Part shown: positions 46,643 through 60,198 of the stretch, one piece after another
Layout of the letters: every line of letters starts with the position of its first letter
Position numbering within the stretch: the first letter of the stretch is position 1
Source: Yuukianura sp. NJ FZ-2021
Lineage: Eukaryota
DNA length: 64,000 bases
NCBI GenBank assembly: GCA_046563655.1
Contig: CM102285.1
Coordinates: 1,364,001 to 1,428,000, forward strand
Direction of reading: 5' to 3'
Position numbers and translations under genes: made by a program
Notes under the pieces: generated by a model
The model's input: only the letters and a program-made list of their open reading frames with translations
Told to the model about the DNA's origin: nothing
The model's database searches: none

Positions 46643-48161
46643 TTTCAAAATTTTTGTACTTAAAAAAAAGGAACTAAAATTTTAAAGTGCGTGTGCAAGA
46701 GTGGTGAGTGTGTTTCTGTTTGCCCAGTTGCTGTTACTCGAAGTTCAAAATTAAATCAACTTCTAATCTATTTTTATATGGCCAGGCGAGTGCAAAAGCT
46801 TCATCTACAACCTGTTATGAAAATCAAGCGAAATAATTTTCGTCTTAAAGGTTCGGTAGAAACAAGTTTTGCTAACAAATGACAAAAATTATTATTTTAT
46901 TAAGTAGCCAAAGCTGCTTTATGCATGTACCCTGCCTGTTTGCCTGTCCGTCAGCCTCCGGCAGTTATCTCGAAAACTGCTAAAAATTTCATGTATCTGT
47001 CTTCACTAATAAATAGCAGTGGTTATGGGTATTTTCACTATCGATTGTGCTTCTGGGGGTTCAAATCCTTCCGGACCCAATGTCAAGGTCAATCTAGTTA
47101 ATCACCGGCAATATGGGAAATGATTTATACAAAAGTTGTTCATCTCATTGAGAACAACGTAACTGACTGACCTACTTCTGGGTCAAAGGTCAACTTTTTC
47201 CAACTTTCGAAAATTGTCCTCCACAGTTCGTAAATTGTTTAAGTCAAAGGCCAATCGCTTACGCTACTTAGGGACACTCCGGTGTAGAACCGGTTTTATT
47301 TTCAATTCATGGCCAAACCTCCATTTAACATTTTTTTTTAATCCAGTAGCCTTGAAACTTCTATTTGGAGAAATATTGCTGCTTTGGAATTATTTTGTGT
47401 GGCTTTCAATTTATTTTTTGATTTTGTCCTCTTCATAATTAACATTTCAGTTTACAAAAAGTAGGCAAACCCACTTTCAAAATTTCAAATTTGTTGTATA
47501 AAATTTTGAACAGAGATCCACTGACTGAGCAGATTAATAGCATGTGATAAAACCATGGGCGTTTTTAAAATTTACTTTCCATCTTACACAGGAAATGACC
47601 TCAATAAACCTAATGCTGTCACCACAACCTTAATCTGCGACGGGGATCTCTGTTCTAAATTTTATAAAGCCGAATTTGAAATGATGACTTTGTCATGTTT
47701 GACATTTTTTTCAGAAAAATTGAAATTCAAAAACTCAAAAAGTGAAAAGGAAGCGCTTAAAAAATTTAAATGCCTTTTTCTTTCTACACAGTTTATGTTG
47801 AGGAAATTGGAAGAAAATTTTATTCCTTATAAATTAATTGCAGATATTTTGTCCAAAATGCAATATGCTAAAAGCACTTTGCAGGAAACCAAAAATTAAG
47901 TAGATTGATATAAACTAAGCTCAGTTTGTGCTTCACCGCCAGACAAAATTCTAATCTGAATCGGACACAATTAACCTTCTTGCATAGGCATTAAGTAGAA
48001 ACAAGAACGTAAACACAACAATTACGCTCACGGTTGCGCCTAAACGTATGCAGACATTCGTCCAACTCAAAAGCAATTCCGCATCACAATTGCGCATTAT
48101 ATTTCTAGAAACAGACAAAAATCGTCAACAGATATTACAAATTACAATTAACATATATAGA

Positions 48162-49637
48162 ATGATGGATAAATTGCTTAAATCCTTAATATGGTGCTTA
48201 AACGTTAGTCATAAATTAGGTTTTCATCCATTGTATTGGTCAGACGAAACAAAACACATCGTCTCAAAACAAACAACTGAAGGTCAAAGGTCGGAGGTCA
48301 AAACCATTTCAAAAGTCAAGCGTCAAATATTACCAACTTTTTGTTTGGCATTTTATCCAGTCATGTTATGTTACGTATCCTATTGTGCATATGTTTCTCA
48401 GGATACGAAATATTCGGACCTTACCGTCGGTACGGTTATTTTGATTATCGCGATAGTAAATTCTTTTGCATTTAGCATAATACGCTTCTACAGTTCGGAT
48501 CTGGCCGGAATTTCTAATGGGAATATCTTAATATACAAGGCAACCGGTAAGCTTGTACATATATAACACAAAATTTAGCATACAATATTAAGTACCAAAA
48601 TTAATATACATTGGTATTCAGAAACGTCATTTCAAAACATGTTATTACATAAAGAAATACGTCAATACTAAGGATCTAACCATCAACTCTCCGGACTGCG
48701 GATATTTTACGTAGATAGATTTTGAGAAATTTAAAAAAAAAAGTATACTGTATTTATATTGATTCCAGAAAATATGATTGGAAGAACGGATGAAATTCGA
48801 AAAGAGGAACTTTTTCGCAAAAAGCAAGCAGAATCTGTTCTAAAAGCTGGCGCAATCGGTCACATTCTATTTGTAATTTTGGGGACAATTGCTACTGAAA
48901 AAAGAGCACCATTCTGCCGATTTCTAAATTTTGGTTCAATTTTCTTCACAATTCCAATCGTTTGCACATTTGTATTGGTCAGTCTTTGTTTCTGCACTGT
49001 GTCTTTTGCCTGTATTAGCACTCTTTTGTTTCATATGATCGTGACAACAAACAATCTCAGAATGGCTGCCTTACTTAGGTAACATTTTAAAATAGTCGTC
49101 CACTATCACTGATATTTAATGCTTTTCAAAAACAAACAAGCTCATACAAATTTTTTGTCTAGAACGAAATTTGCTGCGAGAAATTCGACTGAATTTCACA
49201 TGCTGTACAAAACAATTTTTGTACACCACAGAGTCGTTCATGACTTCGTAGCCAACACTGCATTAACTCCAGCGCTTTTGGCATCAGAAGTTACAATAGT
49301 CCTCGCTCTATTTGGTCTAATTCGATTTGGGGCTGACCCGTTTACATTTGGACTATGTTCCTACCTTACCGTTATCAATGGAATAGGACTCAAGGCTGCG
49401 ACTCAATTCGTTGAACAAGTAACAACATCCTCTGCTAACTGCATCGGGTGCAACGTAGTAGAGAATTTTCGAAATGGTGAATTTCGTGCCGCCAAAAAAC
49501 GAGAATTGAATTCGTACCAACCGTTGCACTGGAAACTCGGAAAATCTTCATTCACGATATCAAAAGTCACTTTTCTCAACATCACGAACGACATCATCAT
49601 CTCAAATGTCATCAATCTACTTGTTTCAGTTCCATAG
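48162..49637 (+). CDS. Gustatory/odorant receptor-like multi-TM protein (~389 aa; exons 48162-48546, 48769-49078, 49163-49637)
   Basis: Phase-consistent splicing; about 7 hydrophobic segments; C-terminus QPLHWKLGKSSFTISKVTFLNITNDIIISNVINLLV resembles the TM7 region of insect chemoreceptors. Confidence 0.65.
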
Positions 49638-50719
49638 TTTACAGGCAAAGCTCCTTGGCAATCCTACAGTATTCTTTAACAGGTTGCGTAATACCTCAGT
49701 TGTTTACCAAAAAAAAATGAAAATAACGAAGAACGGAGTACCAAAAGTATCTATTTCAAAAAATAAAAATTTGGGTGCCAATTTCCTATGTAAAAATCAC
49801 TTATAATACCATGGTTATGATACCATGAAATGCAACTGAACTTTTTCGTCAAATATAAAAAAACACAAGTTATTACGCAACCGGTTAAAGAAAATTAAGT
49901 TAAACAAACCTTGGTTTCGTTAAAGGTATATTTGATTAGGCGTAGCTTTGAATACTTTAGTTTAGAAAGTAGTTGAAATAGAAGACTACATGAGCCAATG
50001 TGTATAGCACGAATTTGCTGTTTTGAATTTATTTTGTGTGGCTCATTTCAATTTTTTTGCTTCTGTCCTCTTCATAATTTAAATTTCATTTTACAAGAAG
50101 TAGGTATACCTATGTTCAAAATTTAAAAATTGGTTGTGTAAAATTTTTGAACAGAGATCCATTTAGCAGATTAATAGGATGTGACGAAAGCATGGGAGTT
50201 TTCCCAATTTGCTTTCCATCTTACACAGGAAATGACTTCAATAACCTGTCAGCACAAACTCTTAATCTGCAACGGGAATCTCTGTTCAAAATTTTATACA
50301 ACCGAATTTGAAATAATTACTTTGTCATGTTTGACATTTTTTTGCAGTAGAATTGGAATTGGAAAACTCAAAAAAGTAAAAAGGAAGCGCCTAAAAAATT
50401 TAGATGCCTTTTCCTTTCTGCAGGGTTTAAGTTGAAGAAATTGAAAGAAAGATTGGAATATATTAATTACAGATATTCAGTCCAACACTCAATATGCTAA
50501 AAGCACTTTGCAGGAAACCAAAAATTAAGTTGTCTGATGTAAACTTACCACCGCTTGGGCTTCAACGGCAGACGAAATTCAGGCGGTCGCATCTAAACAC
50601 GTTCTTGTTCACACATTCGTCTAAGCCAAAGCAATTGCCTATCATAAACCATATTAGAATATTTGTAGAAGCATACAAATCGTCATACGATATTACAAAT
50701 TACATTTGACATATTTCAA

Positions 50720-52447
50720 ATGATGGATGAATTGCTTAAATCTTTAATATGGTGCCTAGACTTTAGTCACAAATTAGGTTTTCATCCGTTACATTGGTCG
50801 GGCGGAACAGAACACATCGCCTTAAAACCAGCAGCTCACGGTCAAAGGTCAAAGGCCAAAACCTGTTCAAAAGTCAAGCGCTATATATTACCAACTTTTT
50901 GCATCACATTATATCCACTTATTTTATGTTACGTATCCTATTGTGCATGGGTTTCCCAGGATACGAAATATTCGGATCTTACCGTCGGTACGGTTATTCT
51001 GAGTGTCACAATAGTAAATTCTTTTGCATTTAGCATCATACGCCACTACAGTTATGATCTGACCAGACTTTTGAATGGAGATATCTTAATATATAATGCA
51101 GTCGGTAAGATTTATTATTCTACTGTACGTATAACACAAAATTTCAGATACAATGCTAAGTTGCCAACAGTGATCTAGTAAACATTTTCCGGGATGCTTG
51201 AATGTTGCGAAAATCAATTCCACGAAATTCAAAAGAAACTTTCTTGTATTTTTATTTCAGAAAATTTGATTGCAAGAACGGATGAAATTCGAAAAGAAGA
51301 ACTGTTCCGCAAAAAGCAAGCAGAATCTGTTCTAAAATCATGCAAAACGTCTCACATTCTAATTGCAATTTTGGGGACAATTGCTATTGAAGGAAGAGCA
51401 CCATTTTGCCGATTTCTAAATTTTGGTTCAATTTTCTACACAATTCCATTCGCTTGCACATGTGCAATGACCACTTTTTGTTTCTACACTATGTCTTTTA
51501 TGGGTGGTAGCGCTGTTTTGTTTCATATGATCCTGACAAAAAACAACCTCAGAATGGCTACGCTGGTTAGGTAACATTTTAAAATAATTGTAAACTTGTA
51601 CCCAAGGTTGCTATAGCAACGAAATAGATTTCTTTTAATAGTTTAGGCAATAAGTACTGTTTTGGGTCAAGCAATTTTTTTAACCTTATTTCTTATTTGT
51701 TTTTTCTACCTCTTACTCCTTTTCTACTTTGAATTTGCCAATTCATAATTAAGCCACCTCTCCAAATTTTTTAATTCCATTTACTATACCAACCGCGATT
51801 GAACCCTGGTGAATTCAGTTTTGAAAATTTCTCGCAAAAACTTAAAACTCGAGTTATTGCCTAACCTGTTAAAGAAAAAGTATTGCTTTGTTTATCCACC
51901 TTGCTAGTCCCGACTCCCGATCCTTAATACTTTGCAAAAACAAACAAAGCTCAGACAATTTTTTTTGTCTAGAACGAAATTTGCTGCGAGGAATTCGACT
52001 GAATTTCATATGCTGTACAAGACAATCTTTGTACATCACAGAGTCATTCATAACTTTGTAGCCAACACTATATTAACTTCAACGCTTTTTGTAGTGGAAA
52101 TTACAATAGTCCTGTGTATATTTGGTCTAATTCGATTTGGTGTTGACCCATTTACAATTGGACTATGTTCCTACCTTACCGTTATCAATGGAATGGTACT
52201 CAAGGCTGTGACGCAATTCGTTGAACAAGTAACAACAACCTCTGCCAACTGCATTAGCTACACCGCTGTACAGGATTTGCCAAATCCTGCATTGCGTGGC
52301 GTCAAAAAACGGGAATTCAAATCGTACCAACCGTTGCACTGGAAACTCGGAAAATCTTCATTTACGATATCAAAAGTCACTTTTCTCAACATCTTGAACG
52401 ACATCATCATTTCAAATGTCATCAATCTACTTGTTTCAGTTCCATAG
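50720..52447 (+). CDS. GR/OR-like receptor, tandem duplicate
   Basis: High identity to 48162-49637, same three exons; the upstream region is also duplicated (~47370-47960 vs ~50020-50580). Confidence 0.65.
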
Positions 52448-52658
52448 TTTACAAGTATATTTGATTATAGTTGCAGCTATACTTTAGTTTGGAAAGTAGT
52501 TGAAATAGAAGACTACATGAGCCAATGAGTACTACAGACCGAATTTCATACAGTATGTTACTCAATTCAGTTACGTTAATTAGTTGCAATTATGTTAAGT
52601 TACGGCAATTGGATTTGAAAATTTTAACATGAATATGGTAGGTAGTACATTAGACTCT

Positions 52659-54717
52659 TCACTGTTCCTTCACTACTTCAAATTCAAGTCCATTCTTCTG
52701 GAGTCGTGAAATGATGTTGGTTTTTGAAAAAGCCGCTGCCGTTGTATACACCCCACCACTGAAATTCAGAAAATTTCAATTTTTTGTAAAAATTTTCAGA
52801 TTGAATTCCAAAAAATATTTGAGAGTGACTCACGTCGAGGGCATTTTTCCAGACTCCTTTAAAACTGTGAGCGCAGAAACAATTAAACAGACAGGGGTCG
52901 CCACATATCCAGGATTTCGTCCTCGGACCTACGTTAAAATTTCATTTAAAGTTAAATTAAATTATTTATTAAGTTATTTTAATTGTAATTTATTACCTGC
53001 ACAATCATTTTCTTGTTGGGTGGTGAAGTGTGTTGGTCAATCGCTGGTTCGGCCGACGCTTCTTTCCAGCCATTCCCGATGAGTGTACAAGTAAATGGAA
53101 AATCTGCCTGTTCTCGTGTAGGTCCATCGCAACTGAGGTACCCCAAAGTGAATACACGAGGCCACTAGAGTATTGTAATATTAAAATTAAGTTAAATTGA
53201 ATTAAATAAGTTAATTTAATAGTAATTAAATGTATTAATTTAAATGAGTTTTGATTTACATTGATGAGTAAGTTCCTAGTGAAAGTGAATTTGGCCATTA
53301 TAGTGCAGTAGAGCAATCCGATGACCAGCAAAGCAGCTTGAATGAAGCTGGTCATTTTGTTGTATGGATTGAACTGAACAGGGCGCTTGCGTTCCGTTTC
53401 ATAGAAAAATCTTTCACTCCGAGTAACAACTCCCTTGTCAACCCCCATGAACGGAACGCACCATGCCTTTAAGTCCTCATTGTAATGCAGCAACGTACTA
53501 CGCAAAATGTCGGGAGTTCAATATTTTAGTTCTAAAAATTTCGAATCAATTTTTGAAAATTTTATGTTTTCGATTTTCGTTCTTACGCGTCTTTGATAGG
53601 ATATTTGGGTGTTGGAAGTGGATTCGGAAACAGTTTGGAGCGTAGTTGCGGAAGTTCGTTGAGGCTAGCCACAGTATTCAACGCTGAAGCCCAAGTACCA
53701 GTATGAGTAACTCTTTTCTATGAAAAAAAATTGAACAAAACATTAAATCATATATGTAAACTCAATTAATTTTGTAATTAATTGGTTAGTTTAGAATTAC
53801 CACAGCTCCTTTACCAAACTCCATGCACATTTCAACAGAATTGAGTTCTCCTAGTAAGTAGAACACAACGTGGATTAGAATGTTATGAATCGAATTGAAT
53901 TTTAAAAAAGTAATTGCGAAGTAATTACAAGGTAATTGTGTAATTATGAAATAACTGTAATTATGGAGTAGTTGCGTAATTATGACGTAATTGTGGCATT
54001 ATGAAATAACTGTGTAATTATGAAGTAATTCAGAAACTACAAAGTAATTACCATCGAACTTCTGTTTGAGGAATACAATTCCAATGTCCGATGGAACCGA
54101 ATCATATCCGCAAGAACCTGACAGATAAAAATAAGAATAAATTAAAAATATTTTTGTTAATTAAGTTAAACTAACTTAATTAATGACAAACGTATTTAAC
54201 ATACCAACTATATAAATATTCTTTGCCTCAGCTTCCTTGTGGTACAGGAGTTGCATTTTTTCTGAAAATTGTGGTTCAGCAGCAATGTCCAAATGATGAG
54301 CTCCTTCAGCGATACAAGCTTTGACTACACGTTCGCCCAAAAACTGATAAGGACCGACGCAGTTCGCAACTATTTTGGCGCGTTTTGCCATGTTGTGAAT
54401 CGAATTTGGCACGCTGACGTTCACCAGCAAAATTTCAGTCTTCGTCACATCGTATCCTAAGCAATCAAAGGCAGTCCAAATTTTTTAAATTTAAAAAATT
54501 TTGAAAATGAATTTTGAAAATATTCGTTTTTGGTACCTGTGACCTTGGTCACATTGTGAAGAACTTCTTGAATTTTGTGTTTCGATCTGCCCGCAACGGC
54601 CCATGTAAATTCTTCGGAGTCTTTTCTAGTCCGCATGCGTGCAATTTCTTCTACGACAAACTGACCCGTGAAGCCACTTGCCCCAAGGACAACAATGTCG
54701 AAACGATTGACAGCCAT
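52659..54717 (-). CDS. SCCPDH: Saccharopine dehydrogenase-like oxidoreductase (multi-exon)
   Basis: FDIVVLGASGFTGQFV, WAVAGRS, NCVGPYQFLGERVVKACIAEGAHHLDI, GSCGYDSVPSDIG, HTGTWASAL, VRGRNPGYVAT, GGVYTTAAAF. Confidence 0.88.
53910..54050. repeat. Degenerate intronic minisatellite (GTAATTATGA-like units)
   Basis: Repeated GTAATT(A/G) units inside an SCCPDH intron. Confidence 0.6.
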
Positions 54718-55620
54718 TACTCAAAGTGGCAAATTCAAAATTTCAAGACTTGAAAAATTGAAAGTATGAAATTCGAAATTTTGGAAACTACCTTAATAAA
54801 ACTACGACTGAGCTCGAGCTGCCTTTTTTACAAATTTAATGTTGTGCAACATTTTCACTTTATGTGAACTAGTAAACAACTAAATTTACAATGGACAGTG
54901 ACATCATTGGCTGCCATTGGTTGATATGATAAGATTGCAACACTGATTAACTTATTGAGAATTAAGTTAACTAAAACCCTAACCTCATCACAATGAAGTC
55001 ATTGTGGTAAAATACGATGAGGATTTCGGAATTTTGAGAATAAATTTTTAATGTAGTTATCTACTAATTCATTGTAAATCCGGGAAATTTGTAGTGTTCA
55101 AAAAACCCGGCGACGTCATGGCTCAATGGAACTTTGAATTTTGAACTTTTTCAAAATATTTTGTTTTTAAAGTGTATTAATTACCAAAAATGAGAGTAAG
55201 CTGTTATAACCCAAAATATGACTTGATAACCAGGGGGGTTTCCTATTCAAAAAAGTGTAAAATTTTAAAAGTAGGTTTTTACTAATCAATTGACAATTTC
55301 AAAAATTTAACTGATTTTGCACAAACTCAAATCAAACTTAAAACTGTCTTTAAAATTGACTCAAAATATTTGAAAATGATTAAAACGTAACAATTTAAGT
55401 AAAACATAAAACTAAAAGTATATTTTAAGGCATACCTGCACCGTAGCCGGTGAAGTGGTCAAAATAATTTGATCAAAAAGTGAAAATGTCAACAGTAACA
55501 AATAGTAGGTAATGTTTGGCTTAGGCTATGTTTTCGTATATTTGACCTTCTCACTTTTCGACCAAATTCTTTTTGACCATATTACATTTACCCTGCCTGC
55601 ACCAATTGTCTAAAAGTAAT

Positions 55621-57665
55621 TCATCTTGCTCCTGACATTCCCAGAGCCTGTACATCTGGATCAATCAGGATAAGATTTGTACTTAGATTTTCCGATAAAT
55701 GATTCTCCAGTAAGCTTAAATTAACGTCACTCAAATTCGGAAGTGAAATGTTGCCCAAGTCTTCTGCCGTGTTACTTCCGGTTGTCGATCCGCCTTGGTC
55801 CATCGGTTGCTGATTCATTTGTTGTTGATGATGTTGTTGTTGAGCTGATGGTGACATTCCCATAGTACCAGGTTGTCCAAAATAGTGGTGTTGATGATTA
55901 GGTGATGAGTTGTGGTGTTGATGAAGTTGATGGGCTGCTCCTAGTTGCTGAATTTGTGACGCGTTGAGGTTATTCTGAGCTCCATGTGGTGACATTGGAG
56001 TTGAGCCATGTTGGAGTCCACCTCCAGAAAAACCAATGGCGTTATAGTAGGCGTATGGGTCTGGAGAAGACTGCCGCTCTTGTTTGATAATCGCTGTGGC
56101 GGGAATAGGTTGATGTGGAAGTGGGGACTGTGGCGTTTGAACACCATGGGAACCTTGGGACATTTGAGACGGAAAAGAAGCGAATCGTTGTCGTTTAAGA
56201 AGAGCTCCATTTTCATCAAAATACTGAGACAGTCGTTGGTTATTTTCGGATAACTTTTGACGTTTTCTCTTGATAAGGTCCATGTCCGGTTGGAGCGGAA
56301 TGAAATCAAAGGGTCTTGGAATTGACGTTGTGTCTTTGGAAGGACATCGGAGTTGGATGTAAACGCGAACAGGAGAAGTGATGTCCAGGTCACGGTATTG
56401 TGGCGTCCGGAACGAAATGGCATACTGTTTGTGGACATCCGAAGGTTGGAAGTCTCCATATGCCTCCCACACCGTAGATCCATCAGCTGATTCTTCATAA
56501 AACCGAATCTCAATATCATCTGAAATAATCATATGAATGTATAGATTTTTGAAACACCAAAAATGCACTAAATTTTAAACGAAGATGCGGATGCGTTAAG
56601 ATTTCGCGTTGCAATGGTCTTACCTTTGGAGACTTTATCACAAAGTAGAATAATTTCTTTGTTCCCAATGGCCGGACTGGTGGAGTCACTCAATTTCATG
56701 ATGGTTAAGTCATTGATTGCCTCTGTGGAGAAAAAAGGCGGGAAATAATCAAACACATATAATTTCCAGAAAAAAAAGCAAAACCGCATTATGTATTGAC
56801 CTCAAGAATTGACCTTGGACAAAACTTACTTTTGTCATAAATTGGATCCGAAACTACTGGTTTGAGAGGTGATTTGTATTGACCTCGTTCAGGACCTTCC
56901 AGAAATACTTGAAAACATAGACGAACAGAGTTGAGGTCAATCGATCCAGGTTGTGAGGCATGGCCAAATCCACCTTTCGAAAAAAAAAAACAGAGATTCA
57001 CTTTGTAACCACCTTCAAGATCAATTGCAAACACGTGAAACTGCAAAACGACTTACTTCTAAATGGATCTACGCGGATTTCAGCACGTACGCGTAAGGAA
57101 TCATCAATGTCCTTTTTCTTCACACATTGTATACCAAGGTTTGAAAATTCACAGGTCATGTCATCGTTAGCTGGAAAAAATTCAAACAAAAAAGTTTACA
57201 GCATAAACACGATAATTATGACGTGAAGCGAATTCAGAATAAAAAGTTCCGAAATCCACTTTATTACCCAGTTTTTACAATCCGTGATTAGGCTGCTTGC
57301 AATTAAACGGATCATAAACCAAAACATTCAAACGTCACGATGCAATTAACATTAATCGCACATATTAATTACTCTCGGTACTTACCAATTTCCATTGTGC
57401 AGACACCTTTTTTGCATCCATCTTTTCCGACTAAATTGTGTGGATGTGGACGATATGGAGAGTCAACTGTGACACAAGAAACGACAACTACGGCACGTCC
57501 ACTGTACCCCACAATTTGTATCTTCGGAAACGTTTTCTTCTCCGAGGTTGAGCTGGAGCCTGGAAGCGATCCAGCAGATCTTCCCTCGCATTCATATCGG
57601 AATCGAAGTGCTTTCGGAGCAGGCTGTTCAACTATTCGGACAAAGGCTTGGCCTTGTGACTCCAT
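55621..57665 (-). CDS. dl: Rel/NF-kB transcription factor, dorsal-like (RHD + IPT + Q/H-rich tail, no ankyrin repeats)
   Basis: EQPAPKALRFRYECEGRSAGS, PHPHNLVGK, FSNLGIQCVKKK, DLNSVRLCFQVF, PVVSDPIYDK, IILLCDKV, DVHKQYAISFRTP, NLS KRKRQK. Confidence 0.92.
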
Positions 57666-60198
57666 TCTGACCTCAATCGATTCCTGACTGTCCGCCTTGT
57701 TACAAAACGACTCTGTCCTATCGGTGTCGTGTCAGCGACGGTATCGACGATTCACAGATGAGTTTTCATCCAAATCCAATGGGTTTGGCGATCACACCAC
57801 AGCAATTGAAAGACTCACCTACAAAACAATCAGCAATTAATTGACAGTACTACGGAAGTTTAGTTATGGTCTATCAGTTGTCACTTCCATTGCTCCAACT
57901 GCTAACTGCAACTAACAAACTACTAAGCATTTACAAGGAATCAAGATATACAAATTACCGTGTTCCAAGAATCCACAATCCAGATTCCGTTCCAAATGAT
58001 GTTATTGTTGTTAAGCCCACGAGCTCTCCTTCCTTCCACGACAAGGTGTTAAGCACCAATAATGTACTTTTAATTATTCCAAATTAACGTGGACACGGCG
58101 CGATTAACAGAAGATGACAAGGCACAAAGATGAGTATAGACGAAGTAAGCAGCTGATGAGGCTCCGTCGATTTATGTCGGACACAATGGATATTCGTTCC
58201 GTCTTGTCCGTGTTCCGATTTACAAAGAAATTAATCCAGAACCAGTTGTGTCTGCCAGCTCCTTGAGGCTACCTAATACAATAATATTTTTTACTTGATT
58301 TATGGTGTAGATAATTGATGAGATTACTTTCTTGTGAGAAAGTTCGTAACGTTAAAAAGTTATGACGACGATGACTTACCTTACACTGAGACCGCAGAAG
58401 AGTAACTCGTGTTATTACCGTATAATTGTTGCAAGTAATCGTCAATTGGCGAGAATCTTTATTCCGTAGCCCACCAACTTGAATCGCGAATCGTTTTTTG
58501 CAAATTTTTTGCAAAGATGGAATCGTACTTCCACTCTCCCTTGTTATGTCTATGTGAGAGACACTTTAGCATTTATTTCGCTTCCTTCTTTTGCTTTTGC
58601 TCTTCGTTCAAGGTCAGAGCCTTCCTTAGTTCAATTTTGCCACTTGATGAGAATTTTGCACAAAAAATTGCAACAAAAACTGGAACTACCTACATGCATT
58701 AATTTTCCTAAAACTTAATTGATAATTTGATCCAAAAAGTTACACAATTATTGAACTCGGACGGAACTACTCCAAATATTAGCCAAACACTAGGCGCATG
58801 CGCACTAAAAATTTATTTTCACACGACGAATAATCACTATCATTTGCAAGGATTGTTGTCGTAAGTTACGTTGGCGGAGAAAGAAAACGACAGAAGGATT
58901 CCCATGCAACGATTTAAAACCTCGTGATAAATATAATAAGATAATTAAGTATTAAATTTATATAATATGTTTTAAATATGAAAACAGTTTAATCAAGACA
59001 ACGTATAGTATATTACTATTCTAGTACTATAGTACATAAGGCCGTTGACCTCGACAAATCGAAGGTCACCCGCGTTTGAATTGGTAGGCTGAGAGGAGAA
59101 CGTAAATTTTCACTTTTTATAAAAAAAAAGCGACAGAATTATTGATTTAAAAAATACAGAAGTTGTTATCTTTACATGTTTATGAAAATTTTGAAAGAAA
59201 AAAATGTGATTTTTATTATGTTTACACTCAACCATTAGAATACAAACTTTTTGTTTGAAATTAGAACATTGTAAACATTTGCAAACGATTTGCTGACGTC
59301 AGACGGACGTTTAATTGCTCCCTGTGATTGCCACAAAAAATTGTTGTTACATACATTGTTCATAGGTTTAATCACCAACATATTAATAAAAGTGTAATTT
59401 AACAAAGGTAACCTTAAGCTTACTTCCGTAAACGAAAAAAAAAATACACTGAAAAACAAATCAGCAACATAGGACAAGTATTAGGAGTACGAATGTCATA
59501 AAACATAATAGCGGCAAAACTGATTACGTGAAAATCTTCTACTACAAAACCTTATGTAACTACATTATGCTTTATGACTTTTGTAAAGTAAATTTCTTTG
59601 CCTCTTCATGTGATTGGCTACCTGATATATATAACTTTGGCTTTCTACTAAACCAGGTATGACCACTTAATAATAAAGACTGACTTTGAAGCGAAGTATT
59701 CTCCTAAAAATTTAACGCATGGAAACGACAAACATGAAAAGGTTTAGAATTTAATCGCTTATTAGTTCTTTTTTTTTTTGAGTTCATATGTTTAATTTAT
59801 TCAATTAGTATAGCGCAACGTCAGGGACAACATATCTGCAATGCTTTTAAAAATTTCATTTGAATCAATTTTTTTTTATCATTAGGCGAATATTTCTCAA
59901 CCTTATAGCAAATGTACGGGTATTGTAACTGACACTGGCTTAAGTTCAAATTCCATGTATCGTTATCACATAATGGAATTGTAATTAACAAAATCTTAAA
60001 CACATCTTAATTTAATAACATAATTCTCCGAAATTTCGAAATTCTAGTCAGAATGATAATAATAAATTTTGAAAAAGTTTAAAACCATCGACCACATCTG
60101 ACCTTTAAAATCAACGCAAATTAAAAGCATACAATAGTTTTTAGTTAACGATTTGCGTAGAGAATCTTCCCGTTGATTGCATGATATACAATGATGAT

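Noticed and set aside
47014-47070. tRNA gene (TAGCAGTGG ... GGTTCAAATCC)
   Set aside because: A B-box-like motif is present but I cannot fold a cloverleaf; at most a degenerate tRNA/SINE relic inside a repeat.
53000-53170. Apparent frameshift in SCCPDH
   Set aside because: On re-reading, the exon is open (…DQHTSPPNKKMIVQ) and joins the next exon in phase 0.
12422-54717. Fungal-type lysine pathway (Lys2-like A-T-R plus saccharopine dehydrogenase)
   Set aside because: The SCCPDH-like gene is the ordinary metazoan family and lies 37 kb away. The NRPS lacks the N-terminal extension of fungal Lys2.
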